From Prorocentrum cordatum (lineage: Eukaryota): a stretch of DNA of 64,000 nucleotides. The first letter of the stretch is position 1. The number at the start of each line of letters is the position of its first letter. This document shows, in pieces, positions 9,806 through 22,165 of the stretch. Location of the stretch: assembly GCA_963575745.1 (NCBI GenBank), contig CAUYUJ010000170.1:248001-312000 (forward strand), given 5' to 3'. The notes below the pieces were generated by a model. That model ran no database searches, had not been told where the DNA came from, and saw only the letters and a list, made by a program, of their open reading frames with translations. The translations under genes and the position numbers were made by a program.

Positions 9806-10189
9806 TTTTTGGGCGCCAGGAGCGCCTGCGTGGACGAGCGGCGCTAGAGAAGCAGCCACGGAAGGACCTGCAGCTGCAAACCTGACCAAGAAAAGCATCG
9901 TTCCAGAAACCCGGGCCAGAACTCTGGAGGTTTCTTAGGGCAAACCTGGGCCAAGTGCTCGCGTTAACGCAGGAAGGCGAACGCGCTCAAGAAGCTGGGC
10001 CAGCCTGCCGGCCAGTTGTCCGCGGAAAGTCAAGGGATGCGTCAGCCTCCTCCGCTCGAGATGATACCTGTAAGAAATACGATCCCCACATCTTAACCAG
10101 ATGTGCGGCCGGAATGAAGGAACACCGAGCCCCCTTCCGAGCCCAAACCGCTCCTTACCTCAGCGTCTTGCCTCACTCCTCCCCGAGAC

Positions 10190-10360
10190 CTGCAGCAGGG
10201 ACTGCTCGGCGGCGTCCAGGATGACGGCCAGCAGGTCCACGCTCCCGGGGGCTCCGCCCGCCGCCGCGTCGGCCCCGTCGGGGTCCTCGCCGGCCGCGGC
10301 GGCGAAGCTGGCGGCGTCGTCGAGCCTCTTGCCGCTGCTGTCGATGAGCTCCAAGTGCTC
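10190..10360 (-). CDS. Exon 2 of the UBL-LRR gene (EHLELIDSSGKRLDDAASF...VDLLAVILDAAEQSLLQ)
   Basis: Acceptor AG|GAG, donor CAG|GT, 171 nt in phase 0; strong GC3 bias; looks like the second half of a ubiquitin-like fold. Confidence 0.7.
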
Positions 10361-10845
10361 CTCTGGAGAGCAGGCGACTCTTCTGAGGGTGGCTGCTCTG
10401 AGGGCGGTGGCTTATCATGAGCTTAGCTGCCCCGCTACGCAACACGGCAACACGTAGCGCATCGATACGGAGCTCAACACGTAGACTGAGAACGTAGGTC
10501 TGACGGGGTACGTTCGCCAAAACGTGGGCAAATACGTTGAACCAACACACAGCGTATCGACACAGACGTCTTGAACACGGTACGTGTTGCGTTTCAAGAC
10601 GAGGGTATCCGGGCAGCTAGGATCATGAAGGGTGACCCTTCTGAGAAGAGCACCCTCATGATACGCAGCACCCCGACGAGGCGAAGCCGTCTCGAAAGCG
10701 CACCCGAAAGAAGGCCTCGCACGGGGCAGGGCTGCTCAGCAACCGCCCAGGACCGTCCAGGGAACGCCCGTTCTGGGGTCCAGGTGGCTTCTCCTCCGCT
10801 TAGGGCGGCGGCGGCGGTGGCGGCGGCGACGACGACGACTTGATC

Positions 10846-10977
10846 CTCGGCCACGCCCAGCTCCTCCGCGACGCGCGCGCGCACCTCCCCGGCCTTCAGG
10901 TCTCCTGGCAGCTCCCACGAGAGGCCGCCGCTCAGGCGCGCCCGCACCGACTGCGGCGGCGCTGCCGGCGACGTCAT
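10846..10977 (-). CDS. Exon 1 of the UBL-LRR gene (MTSPAAPPQSVRARLSGGLSWELPGDLKAGEVRARVAEELGVAE)
   Basis: ATG at 10977; ubiquitin-like helix pattern (VRARVAEELGV); inferred GAG|GA donor gives a phase-0 join to exon 2. Confidence 0.65.
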
Positions 10978-11274
10978 GCGGCGGCGAGGGGCTTATCAGA
11001 GAAGGGGGAAGGTACCCACGAAGGCGCCGACGAGGCGCTGTGAAGGGGGGCTGCCCCTCCTGCGTCTTCGCCTTTTGGGGGGACCCCTGGGAGGCCGTCG
11101 CCGCCACCGCCGGGTTCGCTCTGAGATCCTGGTCGGAACGCACCCTGGGAGAGACCCGTGGAGTAGCGGCATGGGTACCTTTTGGTCTCCCCAGCTTAGG
11201 CGCGCGCGCGCGCGCTCTAGGGCGGCGCCGAGGTCCCTGAGCCAGCTGCGGATGTTGAGTGGACCCAATTGGGG

Positions 11275-11830
11275 GAAGGCTTCCTGCTGCATGGGCGCAC
11301 TGCTTGGCATCTTGCTTGGCAGGTTGCTTGGCAGAATGCCTGGCAATGCTTCGCATTGCTTGGCAGTGCTTCGCGTGGCTTGGCAGTGTTTGGCACTGGC
11401 CGGCACTGCTTGGCATTGCGTGGCATTGCGCGGCATTGCTTGGCATGCGTGGCGAGGCAGCAAGGAAGCAGGAACGACGAACCAAGGAACCAGGGAACTA
11501 AGAACAAGGGCCCAAGGAACCAAGGTACAAAGACAAACCAAGCAACCAGAAACAACTCTAGAAAATCGAGTAACCAAGGAGCCACGGGGCCAAGACCAAA
11601 CCAAGGAACCATGGCCAAGGAACCAAGGAAATCAAGACCAGGTAGCCAAGCAGCCAACACCACGAAACCAAACGTGACAGGGAACCAAGCCGATGGAGCC
11701 AGGGGGCCGAGAGCAAGGAACCAAGGAACCAAGACAAACAACTAAAAGGAACCAAGGAACCAAGACAGCAAGGAACCAATACCAAGGAATCAAGGAACCA
11801 AGACCAAGGAATCAAGGAACCAAGACCACA
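11275..11830. repeat. Two adjacent degenerate minisatellites (TTGGCA-rich, then CCAAGGAA-rich)
   Basis: Repeated TTGGCATTGC-like units ~11300-11450; repeated AACCAAGG ~11480-11830. Confidence 0.8.
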
Positions 11831-12801
11831 AAACGTCGGCCAGAGCGAGCCCAGAACCCAAGTGCTCGGTGGACTAAGCACGCACAGACAACGAGCGTTC
11901 TCCCGGGCGCTCCGCGAGACCCTCGTCTTTGAATTTCCGTCCTTCCCCCTCATTCCTGCGATTCCCACTGCGCAGACGCTCGCGTTGCTGGTGCCACGGT
12001 AGGAAGCTTTTGCTCAGCGTGTCGCGGCGGCAGCCCCGGCGGCATGCTGCGCCCTGCAGAAAGACAGCGTGTCGCTCCGCTCCGCGGGGCGGGAGACCGG
12101 AAGCAGCTTGGGGCGTGGACCCTTGGCAGTGGGGGCGTGGACAGCGTGCCACCCCGAAGCGTGGTTAGAGGTCAAAAAAGCCACCCCCAGGATAACCACC
12201 CCGACGCGCGAAGTCCTTTGGTAACAGCCCCCAAAGAAGGAATCGAACAGAGCAGTGCTGTTGAGCAAACGCCCAGGGCCGTTTCGTGAACGCCGGTTGT
12301 CCGGTCTGGGTGGTTTTTCCTCCCCTGGACTGGAGGCCTAGTAATGGGCACCACCACCAACACAAGGAGTTGCCTCCACAGGGGAAAACGATCCTCGATT
12401 TCGGTGTTGGTGGCAACAGTTCGGCCACCTTTGGAAGCCAGAATACTTACCACCATCGCCGAGATCGGGATCTTCCTCCCTCGGTGGATGCACACCGCCG
12501 ATATTGGTGTTGGAGGAGGAGGAGGAGGAGGAGGAGGAGGAGGAGGAGGAGAGGGAAGAGAGGGAGGAGGAGGAGGAGGATGAGGAGGAGGAGGAGGAGT
12601 GTCAACCTCTGGGCCTGCGAAGCTGGAGCGTGGGCAGCGTGCCGGCCCCGAGGCGCGGTGGGCGCGGAGCCCGCGGCGCGACACGCGGAGAAGGAGCTCC
12701 TGACCCGTGGCGGGCCAGCGGGCGTCTGCAAGGCTCGGGTCGGGCGGGTCCCCCTGCGGGCGGATGCTGGGCGAGAGGTAAGGGCATAGCCAAAGCACAT
12801 A

Positions 12802-12975
12802 CTCCAGATTTCGTAATAAAAAGAGGGGGGGTCTGGACCCTCCAAGCCAAGCCATTTCAGACCTCCCCCGTGGGAGGACCCTCCAAAACATCGTCCCCAG
12901 ACCCCCCCAGGCCCTCCAAGATAGCCTGGAAGAGACCCGAAATGAGACCCCCTCCCTTTATTACGAAATCTGGAG
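12802..12975. mobile_element. Stowaway-like (Tc1/mariner) MITE
   Basis: Perfect 19-bp TIR CTCCAGATTTCGTAATAAA with TA on both sides. Confidence 0.9.
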
Positions 12976-13845
12976 TAGATTCAAACACGCTCGAACAATT
13001 TGTTTTACAAGCAAACCCACCAAAAAGTCCCCTGACTATGTTTTGGACTGTTCCGGAATGTTCCTCCTGCAGAGGGACACGCCCGACGGAACGCAAGCCT
13101 GATGCTCTCACACGACGGGGGGGGGAGTTGCAAGCGGGAGGAAAAGAGGGGACGGCCGCGGCCCTCTCGACGAGGGCCTGAGGCGGCCCAGAGCGGCCCC
13201 AAGAGGGCCCCAAGAGGGCCTCGAGAGGGCCCCAGGGAGGCTCCAAGAGGGCTCCACGTGGATTCCTCGGCGCTCTGAGCTCGCCAGGAGGGGCGCTCGT
13301 CGTGGTGAACGTTTCCTTACTCGGCGTTTCGACGCTGGGCGGAAGGGGGGGGTGGAGGGGGGGTCTGGTTCTGGACCTCTACTTGATGCGACTGTCTGAA
13401 ACAGTGCGTCCTATGGGGGAGACTCCGCCTGCTTGAAACGGGAGCCTTAAACAGCTAAGCTCTACTCCGTGACCGGGGGAGGGGGAGGGGGGAGGGGGGG
13501 GAAAGGGGGGGGAGAGGGGGGGAGGGGGTGCCAGGGCCCGCGCCGATCGGCAAAACATGGAGTAAGAAAAACTATATATGAGGGGGGTCAAAATGTGTTT
13601 CTCCTCGGCCCTAAAAAAAACAGAGGTGGAGAGTGGGGGGTTCGGGAGAGGTTTTCTCCCCAGCTCCCTCCTGCAAGCCTGCCTCAGGAAGGGTTGGAAC
13701 CTTTGAAAAAACCCCTTTCAGGAGGAGGCTTGGAGGGCTGGGGGAACTGTTCCCCTCCGAGCCCCCCCCAGCTTCGCGCCGATCTGCAAAACAACGAATA
13801 AGAAAACGATCGCGTGCTTCCGCTGTTGTTCGCGCCGAGCTGCTC

Positions 13846-14429
13846 TCGGGAGCGTCCAAGAGCGGGGCATCCAAGAGCGGGGGGGGCGCAAATCATGGCC
13901 CGCAGCACGTGCGCGGCTTAGGGGGTGGCGGGGACGCATTGAAACAAGAAGAGGCGCCATGAAATCTGGGGAGATTTCATGGCCCCCGCCATGATACGGT
14001 AGAGGCAAACAATTAGTGGACACTCCCCCTCCCCCCAATTCAAAGTTGGCACACGCGGGGAAGACTGCGGTCAAAGTGCAGCTCCTTCAGCCCACCGCCA
14101 GCACTGATCCTTGGGGGGAGCATTGACAGATCGATGCTGATTTCTTTCGAGGCCTGCATCCCCCCCCCTAGTCATCGCCAGAGGAACGAAGAGCGACATA
14201 AACATAGAAACTCGGAGGCCCGCGCGGACTTCATGGATCCGCGCTGGACCCCCTCCCGAGCGAGCGGTGCGCGGAGCGCGCCGGGGGCGGCGCCGGAGGC
14301 GCCGCCAGGGAGCCCAAGCGCGGATCCGAGAAAGTCCGCGCGGACCTCAGAGTTTTTATGTTTGTGTCATCCGTCGTTCCCCTGTGCATCCCCCCCCTTA
14401 GTCGTCGTCCCCCTCTCTGCCGCCCCCGG
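13846..14429. mobile_element. MITE family A, diverged copy 3, with two internal insertions
   Basis: TCGGGAGCG...CGCCCCCGG with perfect 5-bp TSD TGCTC; aligns to 5572-5765 once inserts at ~13997-14155 and 14179-14407 are removed. Confidence 0.8.
14179..14384. mobile_element. MITE family F with ~65-bp imperfect TIRs
   Basis: CAGAGGAACGA...GGATCCGCGCT / AGCGCGGATCC...TCGTTCCCCTG; 23-bp flanking direct repeat; inverted relative at ~60025-60215. Confidence 0.8.
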
Positions 14430-14447
14430 TGCTCCCCCGGTCAACTA

Positions 14448-14618
14448 CGCGCAAGAGTGACCCTGGGTACGAGTGACCTTTGGTGCGCGGCTTTGGGGGG
14501 ACCGCGGGGGGGACAAACCCAAGCGCGCAAGACGCTCCTGTCGCATCGCATTCGGCGACTGGAGGAACCCATTGGGCCCGCATCAAAGGTCACTCCGGCG
14601 AAAGGTCACACTTACATC
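14448..14618. mobile_element. TA-flanked MITE
   Basis: Imperfect TIRs with core GAGTGACCTTTG(G/A)TGCG; TA on both sides within a palindromic site (GTCAAC-TA...TA-GTCGAC). Confidence 0.7.
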
Positions 14619-14643
14619 TAGTCGACCCCCGGCCGAGCTGCTC

Positions 14644-15199
14644 CTTTGGACGCCCGAATTGGGCACGGAAAGAATGGGCACAATGCCCAACAACAAATGT
14701 TGTCCCAAACCAACGGCGGCCGCTGTTGGGCAGGCGGCCTCCTGTCTCAAACGGACACAGGCCGCGGCGGCGCGGACAGTGAGTCCTGTTCACAATGAAC
14801 AGGAAGCGCTGTTGGGCATTGTGCCCATTCTTTCCGTACCCATTTCGTTCGTGCAGAGCTCCCCTTAGTAAACCTCCCCTTAGTGACACCGACCTGGGAC
14901 CGAAACCGACGGACCTGGACCCGCAAAAATAACGGCCGCGACGCCCTCTCGCGAGCCGAAAACGGCCATTTCCTTACAGTCATCGGCCTGACCTAAGGAA
15001 CGATAAATCAGGAACGAAGCCCATTTTTCCCAAGGAATAACGCATAAGGAACGATATATTACAAACAACGCATAAGGACTTGTAGAAAACGCACGCAAGC
15101 CTAAGGAACGACCGAGCCCCTTTTGAAAAGTAAGTGCTCCTTATTCAAGCCGCTCAATGTAATCGACGTGTCAGGGTAGGAGGTCTATCCACCTCGGAG
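14644..15199. mobile_element. Chimeric element: TIR MITE C (14644-14858) fused to a family B body, with nested TA-flanked MITE (14977-15159)
   Basis: TIR core ACGGAAAGAATGGGCACAATGCCCAACA; junction at shared CAGAGCTCCC; whole unit flanked by a 27-bp direct repeat (14617-14643, 15200-15226, one mismatch). Confidence 0.75.
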
Positions 15200-15234
15200 T
15201 CTGGTCGACCCCCGGCCGAGCTGCTCCGGGGTCT

Positions 15235-16570
15235 CCTCCTCCTCCTCCTCCTCCTCCTCCTCCTCCTCCTCCTCCTCCATCCTCATCCTCCTCGTCCTCC
15301 TCGTGCTCTTCCTCGTGCTCCTCCTCCTCCTCCTCCTCCTCCTCCTTCTCCTCGATCATCCTCCTCCTCCCTCCTCCTCCTCCTCTCTCCTTCGCCTCCT
15401 CCTCCGCCTCCTGCTCCTCTCCTCCTCCCTCCTCCTCCTCCTCCTCCTCCTCCTCCTCCAGCTCCTCCTCCTCCTCCTCCTCCTCCTCCTCCTCCTCCTC
15501 CGCCTCCTCGATCCTCCTCCTCCCGCGCGGGTGCCGGGCCCGGGCCGCGAGGACTGCTGCCCGCAGCGAGCCTCCGAGGGCGCGAGGGCCCCCGAGAGGC
15601 GGCGCGCGGGGCGCGCGGCAGGCCGGCGGGCGCCCTCCGCGGGGCGCCCTCTCCGCGGCGCCATCGGCCACGCGCAAGGAGTGGCCCAACAACAGGTCGG
15701 GCAGGCGGATCCTGCAAGAAGAGCAAACAAACATGCTCGAAACATACCCCCCAAAATAGCCCCAAAAGAATCGAACATACCCCCAAAATAGTCGAACCTG
15801 TTCGAAGCTAGCCCCCGGACCGTGTTTGTTATTTTGAGATGCTCCTCCTGGAAAGGGGCATGCCAGACATAAACCACATACCTTACAGAATCCTCCCATG
15901 TTCCCAAATTCTCCTCCTCCCTCCCCCTCCCTCCTCCGCCTCCTCCTCCTCCTCCTCCTCTCCTCCTCCTCCTCCTCCTCCATCCTCATCCTCCTCGTCC
16001 TCCTCGTGCTCCTCGTGGTGCTCCTCCTCCTCCCTCCTCCTCCTCCTCCTCCTCCTCCTCCTCCTCCTCTCCTCCTTTCTCCTTCCCCTCCTCCAATTCT
16101 CCTCCCACCTCCGCCTCCTCCGCTCCTCCGTCTCCTCCGCCTCCTCCTCCTCGTCCTCCTCCTCCGCCTCCTCTTCCTTCTCCTCCTCGTGCTCCTCCTG
16201 TCCCTCCTTCCCGACGAGGGTGGTGGGGCTTCAGGTGGAGGGCCTTCCGGGGGCAGGGCGCCATCCCTCTCCTCGCTCTTCGCCTCCCAGTTGTTTGCCG
16301 CTGCTCCTCCACCTCCTCTTCGCCCCTGTCCCCCGCCTCCCTCCTCCTCCTCCTCCTCCTCCTCCTCCTCCTCCTCCTCCTCCCTCCTCCTCCTGCTCCT
16401 CCTCTCCTCCTCCTCCTCCTCCTCCTCCTCCTCCTCCTCCTCCTCCTCCTCCTCTCCTCCTCCCCCTCTGCTCCTTCTCCTCCTCCTCCCTCCTCCTCCT
16501 TCTCCTCCTCCCCCTCCCCCTCCTCCTCCCCTCCTCCTCCTCCTTTTCCTCCTCCTCCTCCTCATTCCTC
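15235..16570. repeat. (CCT)n microsatellite-rich tract with interruptions
   Basis: Long imperfect CCT runs; similar CCT/GGA tracts at ~22165-22930, 24470-24900, 46520-47085, 59145-59290 and 63325-63935. Confidence 0.95.
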
Positions 16571-19299
16571 CTTCTGACCATCCCCCCTCAGACTTACACA
16601 ATTGGAATATTGCTGTCCTCTCTCAATCTCTCTCTCTCTCTATCCCTGTCTCTCTGCCTGACGCTGTACGGAAACTGTTCGGCCCTCTCCGCGTACTGTT
16701 TCACACATGATTTCAACGCACTGACCAAATAGCTTGTCTATGTGAGCCCTGGATATCACCCAATCCATATACAAGTATATATATATAGAGATGTATATAT
16801 ACATATATACGTATATATAGATCACTCAATCCAGCTCAACTCTAATAGTTCGCCCTTGTCATGGTCAACATATGTTGTGCATGACTTCCTCTGCTATCCG
16901 CATGGGTTCCTCTGTATCCGCATGGATGTTCCTGCTAGTACGATGGCTTCTTGTGGATATTTCAATAGCGCCCCACCAATCGTGAAACTTAGAAGTGTAG
17001 AAGGGAAGGGTAGAGCAGAGTATAATCGATTGGGAACGAGTGTATGCGTAGAGTAAGACAGAGTAGAGCAGTGCACAGGGGGAAGAAGCCAAGCAGGGCA
17101 AGAGCATAATAGAGCAGAGTAGAGTCGGAGTTGAGTATATTATGATCGATCTGAGTAAAGCAGCCATAGTATGATAAAGCTGGACTGGGTAGGGTGCAGT
17201 GGTTAGAACAAAATCGAGTCGGCTAAGGCCGACTAAACTAGAACATAGTATATGAGGGGAGCACATCAGAAACTGGCAAGCTAAAGCAGAGTAGAAAAGA
17301 GTGGAGTAGAGGAGAGAAGGGTGGAGTAGAGAAGAAAATCGTACCTTAGTATGTTCGATTCATGGGAATATCAGGTCAGCCAGGTCGAGCGAGTCAGAGG
17401 CCCCCGCACATTCCCACCCACCCACCCCACAACGTAAGAACCACGTGTGGCACGATTGGACATCGGGGTTGGGGACGCGCTGCCGCTTCGCAGACGCAAA
17501 TGGCTCGGGCGCGGCCCAGCTTCCGACGGCTTGGCGAACAAGGAACACCACGCGGCCCGCGCAGGGGCGGGGGCGGCAACACTGCCGATGGGCGAGGTGA
17601 CAAAAAAAACATGTGCGCCGCGCGGGCGCTCAGGCGGCGCTCGGGCGAGGTCGGCATGTCTCCCGCTCTCGCGCCGCTCCCACTGCCGCTGTCGCTCTCG
17701 TGCGCTTCGGCGAACGAGCCATGCGCCGCACCCGCGCGGGGCCCCCCTTTCGAGCGAAATGCGAACAGAGCCTGGGCGAGGGCGACACATCGCCCAGTCG
17801 TGCGGGGGCCCCACCAATTGGGCGAGTGAAGAACGCATGCCCCGCCGGGGCGGCAACGCCATCTTCGGAAGAAAACTGCGCGGCGCCGAAGCAAGAGCGA
17901 CATTTCCGTCCGCCCGCGCGTCGGCGAGGTTGCGTGCAAAGCGTATGAACCGCGCACGCGCGGGAGCCCAGCGATCCAGAAAAGTGAACGCGCAGCCGGG
18001 ACGGGAACGACGTGCCGGCGTTTCGCGCGGGATGTGCGCCGCGCCCGATGTCCCGCCACGCATTTTGTACCGAGGACGACATGACGTCCACGTTGACACG
18101 GAAAAGTTTGAAATCACACTGTGCTTCTAACAAGCAGGATTGGACCACCCAGATGGCGTTGTTTTCGGCAGGTTTAGTGACAGTAGATCCTAATAGCAAA
18201 CAAAGATTGCAATGGGGATACAAGCAGGAGCATCATACAAAATACTAGAACATAACAAAACAGAAAGTGTAGTACGGTGTAGAGTAGCGTAGAGTAGGGC
18301 AAGCTAAGGTAGGGTAGATGGTCGAGAATACTCGGATGGACCCCAATGCACTCTAGTCTACTCGAACCCCACCTTCGTCACTTCTCTTCAGTCCACTTCG
18401 TTTCAATAGTATGATATATTTGGGGTCTGCGCTGGTTGCACCAGTCGTCGTACGGTTGTTGAAGATGCGATTGAATTCGGTGTTTCAAGATGGCGTCTCC
18501 GCTACAACGTGGGCCTCACTCTCGGAAGAGCGCTTTGCTCCCATCGTCGTGAGGAATGGCGCTCGCACTCCAGCGCGGGAAACTTTTCTGGATCCGGTTC
18601 CATTCCCTTCGTTGTGGCCCCCTCATGTCCCCTCCTCCTCCCTCTCCTGGTCCTCCTGCTCCTCCCGCTCCCTTCACTCCAGCTTATACTGCTGCTGTCC
18701 GACCCCGTCCTCCTCGTCCTCCTGCTCCTCCTCCTGCTCATCCTCCTGCTCGGCCGCCACCCCCTCCCCCCCCCTCCCCCTCCGCGAGCGCAGCGCCCAG
18801 AGGCCGCGAGCTGCCCTTTTCGAGTTCAACCGTGGGCCGCCCCGACGCGGCCTCCCTCGACGAGCGAGCTCCCTCTCCCGGCGGCCGCCGAAGCCCGCGA
18901 AGCACCGCGGGGCGGCCGCCCACGTCCTCAGCGCGCGCGCCGACACGCGCACGCCAGAACAGAAACCAGTCCAAAAAGAGACGAGGTAGACTGCCAAGAG
19001 CGACCATGCTGGCCCGAGGGGCCAGAAGGGGCACCCCGCTTCAACGGCCTCCCCCGCCAGCGCCGCTCCGCCCAGGGCGCCGGCCAGTGGGCTCAGCCGC
19101 AGGGCCCTGACAACATGAACCACGCCTGGACAACAGGTGGTCCTCCAGCACTAACGCGCGGCCACCAGCGAACCGATGCCAGATCCTAACCAGCCTCAAG
19201 AAAGATAACCGTATGGAAGAGGAGAGGAAAACACAAAAAAACGCCACAAGTCTAGGCCCTCTTTGACCAGCGATTCTGCGCCGCGTGATCAAATATGGT

Positions 19300-22165
19300 A
19301 AATGGGTGGCGGTCATCGGGCAGCCCGTCAAGTTTGTGCCGAAACTGCTCGCCGTAGGCAACCGCCGAACTGACCCCTCCCTGGCGCCCTTGCAGCTGTG
19401 CAAAATACCTGCCGACCCAAGGTTAGCTTTACAGAAACCCCCATACGCTCTGCGCGCCGTATGCACACCAGAAGTGAACAGATCATGCGCACTCTGAACG
19501 TCACTTGCCACGTCTACGGCCCCAGCAGCATGATCACGGGGGCCCGGGTAATTGCCGGCAGAGAACAGCCCCTGCTTGACCGCCTCCGCACTGGTCGAAG
19601 GCATGGCCGCCACGCGGAAAAAAACAACCTTGGCCCGGCACCTCATTCGGCCAAGCTCCGTGGGCGCGCATTGCGTTGACTGCGTGCGGGCACGGGCTTT
19701 GGCATCCTTGGCCCCTTCTGCCACGTCGTCTACACGTGGGAAACCATTGACCACCTCCGCGAACAGGTGCGTTTGGGTGAGCAGCTTCGTCTGCGACTCA
19801 TCTACGTGCGGTTTTGGCAGCAGCTCGCAATCCCACTAAGCACCGTCAACAATTATGCACTCCATGGCCTTAGTACAATATTGGTTCACGAGCTGGTGAT
19901 TCTGTCAGCCCGGTCAGGTACATCTCCACGACAACATTGGGAACCCCGCGTGGCGTTGCTCTTTCCGCAGCAAAGTAATCAGCCCGACAACTTCCGTGCC
20001 GCCAGATGGGTGACCGTCCCAGCTCCAGATGTTCACTCACATCCTTGTGCACTGGTGCCCACGCAACCGCAGGTGGCTCTGCTTCGATCGTCGCAGGTAT
20101 TCCCCTCCAAATGCCAACATGCTGTGCCGACGCTTCCCGCCAGCATATGGCCCCAGGTCTGACCTTCCACCATTTGGCCGCGCGAGTTTGATGCCGCGAA
20201 TTCTGTCCCAGGGAATGAGGCCATGCCTTGATGTACCGCACACCTCTCAGCCCTTCCCAACGTTTTTTACAGCGCCATGTAGTGCTCCCACTGCTGCGCG
20301 CAGAGGGAGGCCACCAACCGATGCCTGCACTACCATCCATCCGCATGTGCAAATCTCTGCGTTGGAGACTCGAATCAAGAGCCGCCAATAAAGATCGCAT
20401 CTGACCAAGCTTCCGCAACTGAAGCCCAATTTCCCCAAAGGCCCACATCCGCTTTCAAACCAAGCATCCCCATTTGACCTAGCAAGATTCGCAATTACCG
20501 AAGAGCTCCAACGCATCATGGTCTGGGTCGCTCGTACCGTTCTGATGTCCATTACGACCGTCCGTTTTTGAATTCCCTGCACCTTATCAGATACAAGCAA
20601 GTCTTCACCACCATCAGTCCCAAAAGCTAGCCCTCAGCAGCGGTGAAATCGATATCCCGGCGCGTCTTCTGACTCAGCGCACGCTGGGCAACCCTCCGAC
20701 CTGGGATGACTCTGATGAGATCTGCGCTTGGGCCCAAGGAGCTCCACCGTATAGAGCGCGGACAAGGCCAGCCTGTCTGGAGTAGCCGACATCCGCCGTC
20801 TTCACTCCGACTGCTGCTCTCGTGGCTCCACTCCAAAACTGCATATCGATACCAACTCCAGTGCTGTGATGACAAAATATTGCTTCCTGCTGCAAACGTC
20901 AAATGCCTCCTCGCAGTGGCCGCATGGCTTCGCATGGGCAAACAAGCACCAGCGGTATCCTGGCGCCTTGGCCAGTTGGTAACACCGTAGAGGAGTCCAT
21001 TTTCCCGACAACCCATGACGGACTACACCATACCCCCGCCAGAGGACCCCGTACCAGCGACCAGCTGCTCATGCCAGCTTCTTGGTTCGCAAACCGTTGG
21101 TGCGTTGGCCCCCATGCTCGCTCCAATACGCCAAGACTTCACCTTTGGCCCCAAAGGAAACTGGCGCACCTCACCACCATACCCAATGTAGAGGCAACGA
21201 CCGGACCGTAGCATGGGCTACCGTGCGTTACCACATACGCAATGAAAGACTCCTCGCCATCTTGCTTCCGCCAGATCCCCGGCAAACCACCGAAGTCAAG
21301 CAAGCCGCTAGCCGCTAACTCCAGCCACGCTGGCCCCATGCGCAGCCGCTGGCCCCCCCTCCGCATTCCAAACTCTGCCTATATGTCCACCGACGGCGCC
21401 TCTAAGTCTCATGAGTCGCACCCGTCTGCTCATCAGACATTGGATCATGATGTTAAACTGCTTGCGCGTACGCTTGCCATTTCACAACTCATGCCCAAGG
21501 TGTCGCATCCAACGGGTGTGCCGAACACCAAATATAGATGCCGCCACCTTGCATGTGCCCACCTCTGTTGGCCGTAGCCAACAAAGAAGCTCGTCCGCTT
21601 CCACAGGTAACCTGAACTTGAGAGCCTTCAGTTTGAAAGCATGCAGTGCGTTCCAAACCTCTTGTCGCACCTGACCCAAAGCGCCAGTCCACTGCATGGG
21701 TAAGTCATCCACTAAACCTCTTAGTCTCACGCTTGCCCCCCTGGTCTCCGCCACCAAACTCCACGAACAAGCATGAAGTATATGCGTGCGTGCCTCCAGC
21801 CGATATGCCTTGTGATGTGCCTACCGTTCTGCAGATGGAGCCGTAGACCTTCACGCATCTGGCATCAGATACACCCGCCAGGGCATCCACAATAACCTCA
21901 GGTCACACGGTAACCCGCTCGCTTCTTTGAACAAGCTGACACACTCGACCATGTCGTAGTACTTGTATGCGTCCACCATGGCCGTGACTCTTTGCTGATT
22001 CAACTCGATCGCGACGTCTGCTTGATCATTAGGATCGGACGCGCAGTCTGAGGATGAGCGTCCTTTCCCATATCCCATAGATCTGACGAAGCCAGCCATG
22101 TTGTGGACACGCTTGGTCTGACATTATGAAAACTCTGACGAAAGTACGCATCTACACGATCAGCC
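19300..22165 (-). pseudogene. Decayed, 5'-truncated non-LTR retrotransposon (RT plus probable RNase H remnants); boundaries approximate
   Basis: VDAYKYYDMV, TSQGISAGGTHA and RGLVDDL parallel FWDLRKYYEHI, SRGIVAGCSFA and AYVDDL of the ORF at 31504-36423, in the same order; many stops and frameshifts; 5' end abuts (GGA)n. Confidence 0.8.
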
